Positions 1-12,239 are shown, counted from the first letter of the stretch. The stretch is 64,000 nucleotides of DNA from Octopus vulgaris (GCA_951406725.2 OX597822.1:22010001-22074000); one strand, 5' to 3'. Program-made: numbers and translations. The notes: generated by a model not told the origin, from the letters alone.

Positions 1-49
1 CATGTATATGTATAAATTATATGTGTATAAATATATATGCATGTATGTA

Positions 50-102
<53 letters not shown>

Positions 103-184
103 ATATGTATATGTGTTTGTATGTATATATATATCATCTCTGTTTATGTATGTGTACATAAGTATTAGGAACAGCTTTCACTTC

Positions 185-219
<35 letters not shown>

Positions 220-272
220 TATTATAAGTGATGAAGGAAACAGAAGATAGATTTACCACTAGTCTTTATTCA

Positions 273-307
<35 letters not shown>

Positions 308-512
308 TATATATAATGTGTGTATGTACATCATGTAATCTATATAATGTGTACAGAAACACAAAGAAAAACATACATACATACATATGTATTCACACAT
401 CCAAACATTCATAAATCAGTCTACAGACTTAGGTGATAAATATAGATGCATATAATATATTATATATGCATTTAAAAATTATATAGACATGTACACGTGT
501 ATTGATATTTAC

Positions 513-546
<34 letters not shown>

Positions 547-824
547 CCACATATATATATATATACATATATATATATTTATACAGACACACACAGATAT
601 ATGCACATACACAATTCTTACAAGGAGATGAATTGATAAATATAGATATGTATGTGTATTCTTTTATATAAATGTCTGCATATCTTTATGTCTGTATGTG
701 TTGAAAATGTATAATATAGAACACAATATATTCATTTACTTCAAATATCTATCAAGTCATCTCTCTCTTTCACTTTGTTTGTGTGTGTGTATGTGTGTGA
801 GCGTGTGTATATATATATATACAC

Positions 825-865
<41 letters not shown>

Positions 866-920
866 TATATATATATATATATGCATATATATATATATAT
901 GTCATATATATATATATATA

Positions 921-961
<41 letters not shown>

Positions 962-963
962 TA

Positions 964-1034
<71 letters not shown>

Positions 1035-1062
1035 TATATTTATATAGATATAAATATGAGTG

Positions 1063-1106
<44 letters not shown>

Positions 1107-1129
1107 TATTTATATAGATATAAATATGA

Positions 1130-1180
<51 letters not shown>

Positions 1181-1653
1181 TATTAAAAAAAAATATATAT
1201 ATAGATATAAATATGAGTGTGCTTGTATCTCCCAGTGAAATTTAACTGTTAACTATACATATATATATATATATATATATATAGGTATATATACATGCAT
1301 ATATACATACATGTGTGTATGTGCTTAGAAACATCTTTCCATGGGTAAGGACAGAGAATTGATGTTGCATCTGAAAGTAGTCGCCATAATTTTATTTTAC
1401 CAATAGAAAAATTGTTGTAAATTCCCAAAAGAAAGTAAAAAGCATAATTATCTGTGAATATGTTTCTGAATATTTTGCCTCTATTTAAATGTGTGACTTT
1501 GTTTCACGATATATATATTACATGCATAAATATATACATGCACACATACACATAAGTATATGTATGTAAATATGTGTGTGTATATATAGATTATTATTTT
1601 AATATATATATGCAGTATTTATATACAATTGTACATGTGTATATACACATACA

Positions 1654-1692
<39 letters not shown>

Positions 1693-1721
1693 GTGTGCGT
1701 ATTTGTATGTACATATATATG

Positions 1722-1755
<34 letters not shown>

Positions 1756-1847
1756 GTATTTATATACAATTGTACATGTGTATATACACATACATACATA
1801 TATATATATATATACATATGTGTGCGTATTTGTATGTACATATATAT

Positions 1848-1899
<52 letters not shown>

Positions 1900-2065
1900 A
1901 TACATGTATATATATGTATGAATATATCAGCATAATATATATGTACATATACATATATCTGTAAATATATATTGATGCATACATATGTGTATGTATACAT
2001 ATATATAAAAATTTTTGATTATACACATGCATACACACAAATGCATGCACACACACACACATATG
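1..2065. repeat. (TA)n/(CA)n/(TATG)n microsatellite-rich low-complexity region
   Basis: Long TA runs with CA/TG interruptions; source of the YIYIYI ORFs. Confidence 0.95.
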
Positions 2066-2587
2066 CAGAGAAAGTGGAGTGTGAGAACAGGAGAACAGTT
2101 GATATACACAAACGCATAATGTATTTAGTTATTTATTCTCATTGACTAAGTACTACCAATTTCCACCATTTTGGTTTACCTGATTCTTTAATTTTTTTCT
2201 ATCTTTTCTCTCTTTATCTTTTGTCTACTCTGATCTACCCCAATTCTCCTACTTACCATCTCCCTCACTACATTTCTTACTCTTTTATGTTCCTCTTCAC
2301 AGTCATTCAGTGACAACACACTGAAGCATTTCTTAGCTTCTTTGCAAGCTCAAGGACTAAAGAACTGGAAACTGAAAACAGGAATAGATAGCAAAGCGAA
2401 TATGCTTGTTTGTCTTTGTATGTATGATTGTGTGCATGTGTGTGAATATATACATATAAATATACATATATATAAAGATATATATATAGAGAGATAGATA
2501 GATAGATAGTAGATAGATAGATTATATCCATATATATACTTATGCATACACACACACACAGACACACATATATATATAGAAATATAT

Positions 2588-2848
2588 GACTGGCTTCTGT
2601 GCCGGTGGCACGTAAAAAGCACCAACCGATTGTGGCCGTTTGCCAGCCTCCACTGGCCCCTGTGCCGGTGGCACATAAAAAGCACCCACTACACTCACAG
2701 AGTGGTTGGTGCTAAGAAGGGCATCCAGCTGTAGAAACACTGCCAGATCAGACTGGAGCCTGGTGCAGCCTCCCAGCTACCCAGATCCCGGTCAAACCGT
2801 CCAACCCATGCTAGCATGGAAAATGGTCATTAAATGATGAGGATGAGA
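2588..2848 (+). mobile_element. 3' end of RTE-type LINE (family E) with (GAT)n tail
   Basis: GGCATCCAGCTGTAGAAAC...CCAACCCATGCTAGCATGGAAAA...TAAATGATGA; the same sequence forms the 3' end of the RT-bearing copy at 40058-41695. Confidence 0.8.
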
Positions 2849-2861
2849 TATATATATATAT

Positions 2862-2916
<55 letters not shown>

Positions 2917-3159
2917 TAGTTATAGATATAGAGAAATTCATGATGCAGGGCTAGCTGCATGGATAAAGGTTTTCCTTTACCTGTATGTGGTTTCCTGTTC
3001 AATTCTGCTGTGTGTGACTTTGGATGAGTGCCTTTTGTATTCTAGTTTTGGACCAACCAATACCTCATAAAAGAAATTTGTGGATGGAAACCACATGAAT
3101 GCTGGCCATATATAAATATATACAGTGTGTGTATACATATACATATATATTTATATATA

Positions 3160-3355
3160 CCGCGTGTGTACCGTTGGCGATTTTTTTTTCCTCCGTCTTC
3201 CCTTCTTTGGATCTTTCCTTTTCCTATGTTTCTGACGAAGAGCTCCGCTCGAAACGTTAAACCCTCCTTTTTTCCTGAGCGTCCAATAGCACTATACTTG
3301 TTCCACATCCTCGCGTTGTTATGTTTTCTTTTTGTGTTTTCATGTTTGGATTAAC
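3160..3355 (+). mobile_element. Short CpG-rich repeat inserted in (TA)n, Penelope-like pLTR-type element carrying a hammerhead motif
   Basis: Flanked on both sides by TA runs; many intact CpGs; contains CTGACGA...GAAA core. Confidence 0.7.
3228..3262 (+). ncRNA. Minimal type I hammerhead ribozyme
   Basis: GTTT-CTGACGA-A-GAGC(TCC)GCTC-GAAA-CG-T-T/AAAC: stem I GTTT/AAAC, core CUGANGA, stem II GAGC/GCTC, GAAA, palindromic ACGT stem III, predicted cleavage after GUU (3258). Confidence 0.75.
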
Positions 3356-3367
3356 TATATATATATA

Positions 3368-3615
3368 TGGTGCAAAAGTAGGTATACAGTGTTATGTAAA
3401 AAGAAAGCACGTACAATACTCATTTATTTTTATCTAAAAGATTAAAAGTTACCATAAAAATATCATAGTTATGATAAATGTATTATTATGATTAATGACA
3501 CTGTAAATATCGAAAAGGAGGCTTACTAATCTACTGTGCTAATAATTTTAACAAATCAAGTATTATAGCATTGATGTGATCCTTACTGTATTCCTTCTTT
3601 TTCACACCCCCTGTA
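3368..3615. mobile_element. Tc1/mariner-like MITE remnant
   Basis: TGGTGCAAAAGTAGGTATACAG versus CTGTATTCCTTCTTTTTCACACCCCCTG-TA; imperfect TIRs, right end CTG followed by TA. Confidence 0.4.
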
Positions 3616-3942
3616 TATACATGCATAATACATACATTTATACATACTGTATGTATGTATGTATGTATGTATACATGCATGCATGCATTCATGCATGTAT
3701 GTATGTATGCATGCATGCATGAATGATGACTCTACTGACCTGTGACACTTTGTACTTGTTCTTGGGATGTCCAAAATGTTTAATTCTTACCTATTGAAAA
3801 CAGTTTCGTTTTTGTATGATGTAACACTACTGTTCATCAATAAAAAATACATCTGAAACAGCTGTAGCTGAAGCAATTCGTCGATTGTTTTATACATACA
3901 TATATATATGTGTGTGTGTGTGTGTGTTTGTGTGTGTGTACG

Positions 3943-4201
3943 TGTTTTTCATGGAAAACCAACAGTTGCCCCTGCATACCAGTCTCCCCTCTCCATACCA
4001 CTGATGTTAGCCAAGGGAAAGGCAAAGGTCGATTCAGTTTCTCACTAGTGCTGTCGCAACTCATTTCTACAGCTGAGTGAACTGGAACATGAAATAGAGT
4101 GTCTTAATCAAGAACACAACACATGGCCCAGTCTGGAAATTGAACTCATTACCTCATGATTGTGAGCCCAACACTTTAACCACTGAGTTATGCACCTTTA
4201 C
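3943..4201 (-). mobile_element. tRNA-derived SINE (family D)
   Basis: Minus strand begins GGTGCATAACTCAGTGGTTAAAGTG...GAGTTCAATTTCC (A/B boxes); body shared with 34975-35150. Confidence 0.7.
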
Positions 4202-4468
4202 ATATATCATGTACTTTATTTTCATGTTCAGTTTTCCACACCTGTATAGGTCAGACAGAACTCGTTAAGAAAGGATTTTCTATTGCCAGTAGCCCATGCT
4301 AACACCAACCCTCACTTGTTTACAGGCCAAGTAATATCACTCCATGATTTCATGAAAGAATGGAAATGAATTTCACAGCATGCATGATGGTGATACCTGT
4401 TAACAGATGCCACATGATGTGAAGACAAGAAGGCACAATAACACACACAAATGTATATATATATATAC

Positions 4469-4644
4469 ACACAAATATGAGAGAGAATCCACTATGTGGA
4501 CGCTCTTACACTAGATATAGATCCGCAAAGGGACTCAACCACTAAGAATTTTTCTTGAGAACAATTCTTAGTGGTTGAGTTCCTTTGTGGATCTATATCT
4601 AGCATAAGAGCGTCCACATAGTGGATTCTCTCTCATATTTGTGT
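4469..4644. repeat. 176-bp near-perfect spacerless palindrome
   Basis: 88-bp arms ACACAAATATGAGAGAGAATCC... / ...GGATTCTCTCTCATATTTGTGT, centre at 4556/4557. Confidence 0.95.
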
Positions 4645-4752
4645 ATTAATAATATTTACTGAATCTCAGTCTTTTTGCACTAGGCCACTGGTGTTTAAAT
4701 TGATGTTATTAATTTTGACTTTAATTATATATACACACAGATACACTTACAA

Positions 4753-4789
<37 letters not shown>

Positions 4790-5003
4790 TCCATCTGCTA
4801 AATGCACTCACAAATCTTTAGCCAGAAAGGACAATTGTAACAGAAGACAACCACACATGGTATTATGCAGTGGAATGAAACTTTGGCAGTGAGACTGAAG
4901 CAGAGATGCCAAGGGACTGGAAAGTAAATTTCTTGAACACATAACTATGCTTACCTCTCTATCTTTATATATATATGTATATATATATATAATCATATGT
5001 CTC

Positions 5004-5316
5004 TTCATCATCATCATCGTTTAACGTCCGTTTTCCATTCTAGCATGGGTTGGACGATTTGACTGAGGACTGGCAAACCAGATGGCTGCACCAGGCTCCA
5101 GTCTGATCTGGCAGAGTTTCTACAGCTGGATGCCCTTCCTAACACCAACCACTCTGTGAGTGCGGTGGGTGCTTTTTACATGTCACGGGCACAGGTGCCA
5201 GGGGAGGCTGGCAGCAGCCACGGTCCGTTGGTGCTTTTTACGTGCCAACGGCACAGAAGCCAGTCAAGGCGCTGGCATCGGCCACATTCAGATGGTGCCT
5301 TTTACATGCCACTGGC
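5004..5316 (-). mobile_element. 3' end of RTE-type LINE (family E)
   Basis: (CAT)n-CGTTTAACGTCCGTTTTCCAT...TTTCTACAGCTGGATGCCC; reverse complement of 2588-2848. Confidence 0.85.
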
Positions 5317-6241
5317 AATTATAATTTGGAGTGTGTATACATGTTAATATTTCATTACATTGTTTCCCGAAATAACATTTTATCGTCATATTGTGCATTA
5401 CAAAAGCTTGATCTGACTTTCTGTGCACCTGAGCTATCACCCTTATTCATTTCCACTACTCCTCTGATGATTTAATGTACTCTCATTTTTTGCCTTTCTT
5501 TCTTGCATATCCTCACCAACCATATTATTTTTGTGACTGATGACTATTAATGTAACCAATATGGAAGAATTCATCCTTGGTGCAATCAGTATGCAGCTGC
5601 AAAAAAACTTTAGTAACTGTTTCTGACTCTTGAATACTATATAAAGACTATTTCTAACTCACCTATGAATTGAATTCCTTTTAGTTACTGAAAATTAACC
5701 ATACAGTAATAAAATTTCGTATGTGTGACCATTTGTATGTATGAGTGAGTGTGTTTGTTTGTGTGTGTGTGTATACACATATGTGTATATATGTGTATCA
5801 CTCTCTCTCTCTCTCTCTCTCTAATATATATATACATACATATATATAAATGCAGACATACATATACAGACATACATACATATAAATATATGTGTATATA
5901 AATATATATATGTATTCATACACATAAATATATATATGTATGTGCATATGTATCATTGGTAGAGTTGTATTCAGTTGAAAGAAGAGATGAAAGGAAAAAA
6001 AGGAATAATGATAAAAAGAAATGAAAGAAATTCATTGAATGAAAAAACCATCTCCTTAAATGTTGAAGACTGAAATATGATGAAGTTAAAATAAAGTTGA
6101 AAAATATTGAAAAATAAAAAGGAGAGAAGATATATCAGAAACAAGGATATAATGAAATAGTAGCACAACATAAATTTGTGTCATTTAGCTATACATCCTT
6201 ATCATGTCATATATGTGTGTGTGTGTGTGTGCTTGTATATG

Positions 6242-6272
<31 letters not shown>

Positions 6273-7527
6273 CTGAAAGAGAGAGAGAGAGAGACTACAA
6301 ATGAGATGCCAAGTCTCTGCTTGGTCACTTAACCTACTGAAAGTAACAGCAAAATATCCTTGGAGTAATACACCCTTCAGTTTTAAAAATTAGGAAGAAC
6401 ATTTTTGTCATGTAGTCCTAGATGGACAAATAGATCAAATGGTCATAACTAGAATTGGTTTCATCATAGGACTTACTCAAATAAAGCTGTCTTGTTAAAC
6501 AACAACACGATATATAATATGTATTGCGTGAAGATATTTTTCTTCATCTGCTATCAACTGTAAGTTACAAAAATTTTCAACTTTCTGACTGTATTGCACT
6601 TCTCAGTTGTTCTGATTATCTTTGATGCTTCGAAGCAATGACCAGGTGCTTTTAGTTGATATCACAGAATGCTATTGTATTCCTGTTACCATCCAGCTAC
6701 CTTACCAAAGAGCTACTGATGATTAAAACTTCACTCTTAGTTTTGGTCTTTCACTGAAATGCCTCTTCCATATCCATGATAAGCAATTTTCTGTTTTTCT
6801 CTACAGTTACCAGTTGCTAATTTGCAATCTTTCTTTGGTAAGTCCATGCTAGACAGGACATCAGTGATCTAGTTATAAAGCCACTACATCTCATCCACAA
6901 TGGACCTATTGAACACTGCTGTCCTTGTAATTACATGACTCGCTAAGTTACTCAAATGTTCCTACTCAATAGTACTTTCTTAAGGCACCATCAAACAAAT
7001 TTGGGATATATGTAAGTATGGTCGTGTGTATGTCTATATGCATAGCTATGGCTGTGTGGATCAGGATTTCATTTTGCTGCCACAATGTTCTAGGCTCAAT
7101 TCCAGTGCATGACACTGTAGCCTAAAAATTACCAATCATTTGTAGAGAAGAATTTGCTTGATAGAATCTGCATCAAAGCTTGCCACATACATATGCCCCT
7201 CTTTACATCCATGTAGTTATTTGTCACAAATAATTACATATTTTATTTTTATTTTACAACATATCTAAATGACCAACAGTACAACAACTTGCACATGGAA
7301 AACTGAAAAGAAAGCCTTTTACACTCAGAACATGGAAGAAAGAAGGGTTGTTAATGAAAAGCTTCAGTTGAATATATTTTAAAGTGTATTTGCATCTGTT
7401 AAAGACAATTTAATTTTTTATCCTGCCTTGTTTATTTTAAATATTGTTGTACCTTAATAGATTTTCTTCTCAATAGAGTAGGTGGTAAACATGTGAACAA
7501 TATATCATTAGTGAGGATTATTAAATA

Positions 7528-7746
7528 ATGGTTTCAAGTTTTGGCAAAAGATCTGCAATTTTGAAAGGTGGGTGTTAGTTGATACCTTCAGCACTAGCAT
7601 TTGAGTGGTACTTTATTTTATTGACTCTGAAGGGATGAATGGCAAAGTTTACCTTGGCAGGATTTGAACACAGAATGTAAAAAGTTTAAAGGAATACTGC
7701 AAAACATCTTTTCTGAGGGTCAATGATTCTGCCAGTTTATCACTTT
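7528..7746 (-). mobile_element. tRNA-derived SINE (family B)
   Basis: GGTACTTTATTTTATTGAC...GGATGAATGGCAAAG...GATTTGAACACAG...GATTCTGCCAG; matches 22426-22641 and 61938-62162. Confidence 0.7.
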
Positions 7747-8162
7747 ACAATTGCTAAATAATAGGAATTGAATATTACAGTGTCTTTATTCATTATCATT
7801 TATATCTTTGTATTGGTTCATCCAGTTTGGTTTGGGAAACAGGAAAATCCAAAATTCCAGATCACTTCCGATCTGGAGTTGGATAACTACTCCAGTATCT
7901 GTAGTACTTACTGAACAATTATGTATTGAATTGTTCCTTGTTGTGCGTTTATAAGAGTATTGTACACTTCATAAACTTTTTGCAGTATGTTATTTTGTTG
8001 TTTGACATAGATATTATAATGAAATGATATTTAACAAAATTACTTTATGTAAGGACCTACTATATTCATGTAGTTATTTATCCTGAATAATTATATATAT
8101 ATATTTTTTATATTTAATACCATACCTAAAAGGCCAACAGTATCAGTTTATATTTAAGGGTT

Positions 8163-10055
8163 ACTAGTTAAGGTGCTTCCATTTGCTGTGAACTTTACTG
8201 ACATTAGTAATAGGGACATAGACGTAATTATGCATGCTAGGAAAACACTTCTCTTCAATAAAGGTTTGACCTGGGTTAAACAAACTGACCTGGTTGATTC
8301 TTTTGATGTGGTGATGGAAGTCTATGACAGCACAGACATCTGCAGCCTTATAGGATTGTATATACTGGACACCTTAATGAAGAGGTTCTCATCAGTCCTC
8401 TTTCGTCTATACAGGGATGACACTTTAGCTATCTCTTGAGGACATATCATGGATAGGCTTAGGAAGGACCTAATCTGCACCCTTAGTTTCACTGCACTTA
8501 AGATTACAATTGAGACCAACATTACCACAGTCACCTTTTCAGATATTATATGAATTTGAGCACCTGTTCATACAGGCCATACTTCAACCCAAATGTAAGC
8601 CATCATACATCAACACAGCCTCCTGCCATCCACCTATCATGTTCAGGAACCTAGTGAAGGGTGTCAGCAAGTGAATTTTGAATCTGTCGTCTAGTCAAGT
8701 GATTTTTGGCACTGCTGCTTCCTATTACAAGGCTTTGGCATCCAGTGGGTTTAAGGACCACATCTATATGCTGAACTCTAGCACCTGCAAAAGGAAGCAC
8801 CACCATAAAGTCATTTGGTTTTCCCCACCTTTCTCATTCAGTATCAAGTCTTGCAAGAGATGGATATTCCTTAGATTAGTGGACAAACACTTCACACAGT
8901 CACAGAGATATGGACGTTTGTTTAATAGACATAACTTAAGGATCTGTTTCAGTTCCACACCCATCTTTAAGAAAATATTTGTGAGCATCCTTATGCAACA
9001 AGCAATGGCAGGATGCTGAACTAGGGTATACATTGAATGCCCAGTAGGGGTTGGGTCGATGTGATGCCAAAAGGGTAGTGTATGAGGTTGAGGTGATGAC
9101 TTGCACTGACAGCTGCAGTGGTAGCATTGGTAACAGCGATAGCAATGGCACCAATGAAACATCCACTGATAACAACAACAACAGCAATGTAAGCAGTGGT
9201 GACAACTGAAACACCGGCTATGTGGCAAGCAGCAGAGAGCCCTGGCAGCAATACCAACAGCACCACCAATGATGTCAGCAGTAGTGGCTGCACCAGTGGT
9301 ATCTCCAACATCAGGATCACATCCAAAAAGAGCAGCAATGACACAGACATCAGCAGCAGCAACAGTGACAGCAGCAACAGTGACAGCAGCACCTGCATTG
9401 GGCCCAGCAGTGATAGCAACAGAGTAACTAACAACTACAACAATGACTAACCCCCACCAACACAAGAGCACAGAAATGGAAATATGTCAGTTGCACAAGT
9501 GGCCCCTTTAACCCGTGTCTGAGCAGTCACGGGTCTTCACTTAGGATACTGTTCTTGGCCAACTACATATGGCATTTAAAAGAGGTGGGCACACTATACA
9601 TAATTAAATGGAGACTCATAGAACAACCAGAACCATACCACAGTGGGTGCAAACAATGTAAGCTTTGCTTGGCTGAGAGAGCAAAATTCCTGAAAAACTC
9701 ACTTGATCCAGGGGACCTTTAAAAATTCAAGAAAAGAAGTGTTTAGCCAATGCTCTCATCAGAGGCATTTCCTGTAACAAGCTTGGGATTCCCCATTTGC
9801 TGGATAGGAACGTGCTGATAGCTTTGAAAATCATTACAGATGTGGCTGGAACCAATGTAAGATAATGTAAGATAACCCTCCCCACCTGAAAGTTGGCCAG
9901 TAGGATTCATTTTGAATAATTTTTGTTTACTAACAGACCGTGACGTTTTCCTCCCTCCAGTCATAGAGCAGTTATATGCCTCTGCCCATTGGAGTCTGAC
10001 AAGTTGCCTATACAGCCTATACAACTAAGTGCTTTATAGGTGTAAAACCAATGTA
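8163..10055 (+). mobile_element. Decayed Penelope-like element (RT + C-terminal GIY-YIG), resembling the Hydra group
   Basis: RT motifs ARKTLLFN, FDVVMEVYDSTDICSLIGLYIL, LYRDD; VIWFSPPFS..FLRLVDKHF..FNRHNLRICFS; GC*TRVYIECP, VVY...YVS, LANYIWHLKE, IKW, CKQCKLCLAER; stops and frameshifts; ends in (TA)n. Confidence 0.9.
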
Positions 10056-10139
10056 TATATATATATGTATTTATCATCAATTGGCAAAAATTTGTATTAA
10101 CATCAATAACCTACATTGGTTTCAAATTTTGGTACCAGG

Positions 10140-10465
10140 CCATGGAGAAAAAATTTTCTCTTATGGTAAAGGGGTGTAAAAACACCATTTCTATGCTGCA
10201 CCCTGTTGGATTTCTAGATGTGTTTCTAGCTCATTAGCCATTATCAATGGGAAATACAGAAGAGAGACAACTCTGGACAGATTTAAATAAAGCCATAGCT
10301 TTAACTAAAACACAGTCAACAACATTGACTGAGTTATGCCATTAACTGCCAGGTCAGAAAAAATTACAGCAGTATCAGTGCCAAGGAGTGTTTAGCCATA
10401 AGCGAACTTTAGCTTAGTTAAAATATGTTTGTGACAGATTTCAACTTCTAAAAGCAATTCATAGC
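10140..10465 (+). repeat. Monomer of ~330-bp repeat family (also 11857-12030 and tandem at 36362-37056)
   Basis: GGAGAAAAAATTTTCTCTTATGGTAAAGGGGTGTAAAAACACC and GTTAAAATATGTTTGTGACAGATTTCAACTTCTAAA shared with the 36.4-37 kb units. Confidence 0.8.
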
Positions 10466-11682
10466 TTGTTTATAATAATTGTTTATTCCTTTGCCCTCTT
10501 TTTCTTTTATATGATATATATCTCAATATGTCATTTAATTTTCACTTCAAGGTCTCTCATTTTTCCTTTTACTGTATCACCTTCCAATTTTTCTTTCTAT
10601 TTTATTTCTCTTTAGTTGTATTTTTCTTTTTCTCTTACTCTTTTTCTCTTACTTGCACTGTTTTGTTATCCTTGGTCTTTCTCTCTTTCTGTCTCTCTCT
10701 CAGTCTCCTTTTTTGGTCATAATATCACATTTATTATTTATCTTTTCTACTTTTCTTCCTCTCTTCTTTATCTCTCCCTGTCTTTTTCTTATTCTTTATT
10801 CTGCATTCTCTTTCCTCTTTTTTCTGTTATTACAACTTCTTGTTTTTCTCTCTCTCTTAATCTTTTTCTTGCTATAAGATGATGATTAAAACCATTGGTA
10901 ACTGGTTGTTTTGTTCACCAATTATCTATTCTAAACAAGAAACTGTTATAATATGAGTCCTCACAGAATTATACAGTTTGTCCAGTAAACCAGTAATTAA
11001 ATTGAGAAGATTATTTCTACATCCCACCGGACTTGATATGAAATCCTTCATTGCTTCAATTCCTAATGGATATATTTTCCTTTCTTCTTTCTGTCTCTTA
11101 TTCAAATATTCCAAAAAGATAATTTAATGTTTTGTCTTTTCTCTCTTGCTACTTGTCTTTTCATGTATAGAAAAATATTTTAATGTGCAGTTAATATTTT
11201 CTAAGGAAAACTGAGAAGACCATATCTGATAATGAATATCTTTTGTATTAGCACCATGTTTAATGCTGCTTTTTCTCTCATTGCTGATACTATTGAGGGA
11301 ACCTCTGTGTGACTGCTAGAGAATGCAAGCCAAATCTCCTTGCTTTGCCACCTTTTGGTTTCGGGCCTTATTCTACAGTGTTGTATGCAGGGCAGGTGTT
11401 TTTTTTACTATAGCCTCAGGCCAACTAAAACCTTATCAGTAGGTTGGATGGAGTTTATAGGGATGGATTTTCAATAGCTGGATGCTCTTCCTGTAGCCAG
11501 TCCTCACTTGTTTTCAGGGAAGTTAATAATTCCCCATGGTTAAACGTGTTCTCACAGTATATTGGAAGTTAATGACACTGCTTATATGACAATGACACTT
11601 ATTTACAATTATCATGTTGTATCTATACAACGTGACACAAAGATAAAACATACACACACACACACTCTCATACACACACACA

Positions 11683-11734
<52 letters not shown>

Positions 11735-11856
11735 TATCACAGGCTCCTTCCAGTCTCCATCTCCCAAATTCAATCATGAGGATTTTGCAGGTCCAGGGCT
11801 ATTGTGGAAGACACTTGCTGAAGGTGACATATAATAGGATTGAACCTAGAACAATG

Positions 11857-12030
11857 TGCTGCTCCCTGTTGGATTTCTTGATGTGTTTCTAGCTCATTAG
11901 CCATTATCAATGGGAAATATAGAAGAGAGGCAACTCTGGACAGATTTAACTAAAACACAGTCAACAACATTGACTGAGTTATGCCATTAACTACCAGGTC
12001 AGAAATAATTACAGCAGAATCAGTGTCAAG
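11857..12030 (+). repeat. Near-identical partial copy of 10193-10385
   Basis: CCCTGTTGGATTTCT.GATGTGTTTCTAGCTCATTAGCCATTATCAATGGGAAAT...; lacks a short segment between two TTTAA. Confidence 0.9.
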
Positions 12031-12239
12031 TCTCACCAGCTCACAACTAATGTTTTTCATATACAATTATCTGTAAAAATATGACTGGACAAGATAAAAT
12101 ATTACCTTGGAAATAGATGAGAATTGATGACTGGAAAATCTGTCAAGGAATTCCATCTGACTCATGTAAGTATGGAAAAGTGGAGGTTAAAATGTTGACG
12201 ATGATTATGATGATGCGAAGGACATCTGCTATTTTCTAA

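Noticed and set aside
2-2109. Many YIYI/HTHT/VCVC ORFs (also elsewhere in the window)
   Set aside because: Translations of dinucleotide microsatellites
5168-5316. CRISPR-like repeat-spacer pattern
   Set aside because: Only 2-3 units, part of a multi-copy LINE 3' UTR, eukaryotic context, no cas genes
7846-7915. AG followed by WFG.., resembling the M1 WFGNLVT exon
   Set aside because: Continues WFGKQENPK to a stop, and lies upstream of the GAMEN exon
8764-9471. 235-aa minus-strand ORF
   Set aside because: Antisense of the Penelope-like ORF and its triplet-rich insert
9741-9762. Minus-strand CTGATGA hammerhead-like start
   Set aside because: No GAAA; antisense to the element's coding C-terminus (SQCSHQRHFL)
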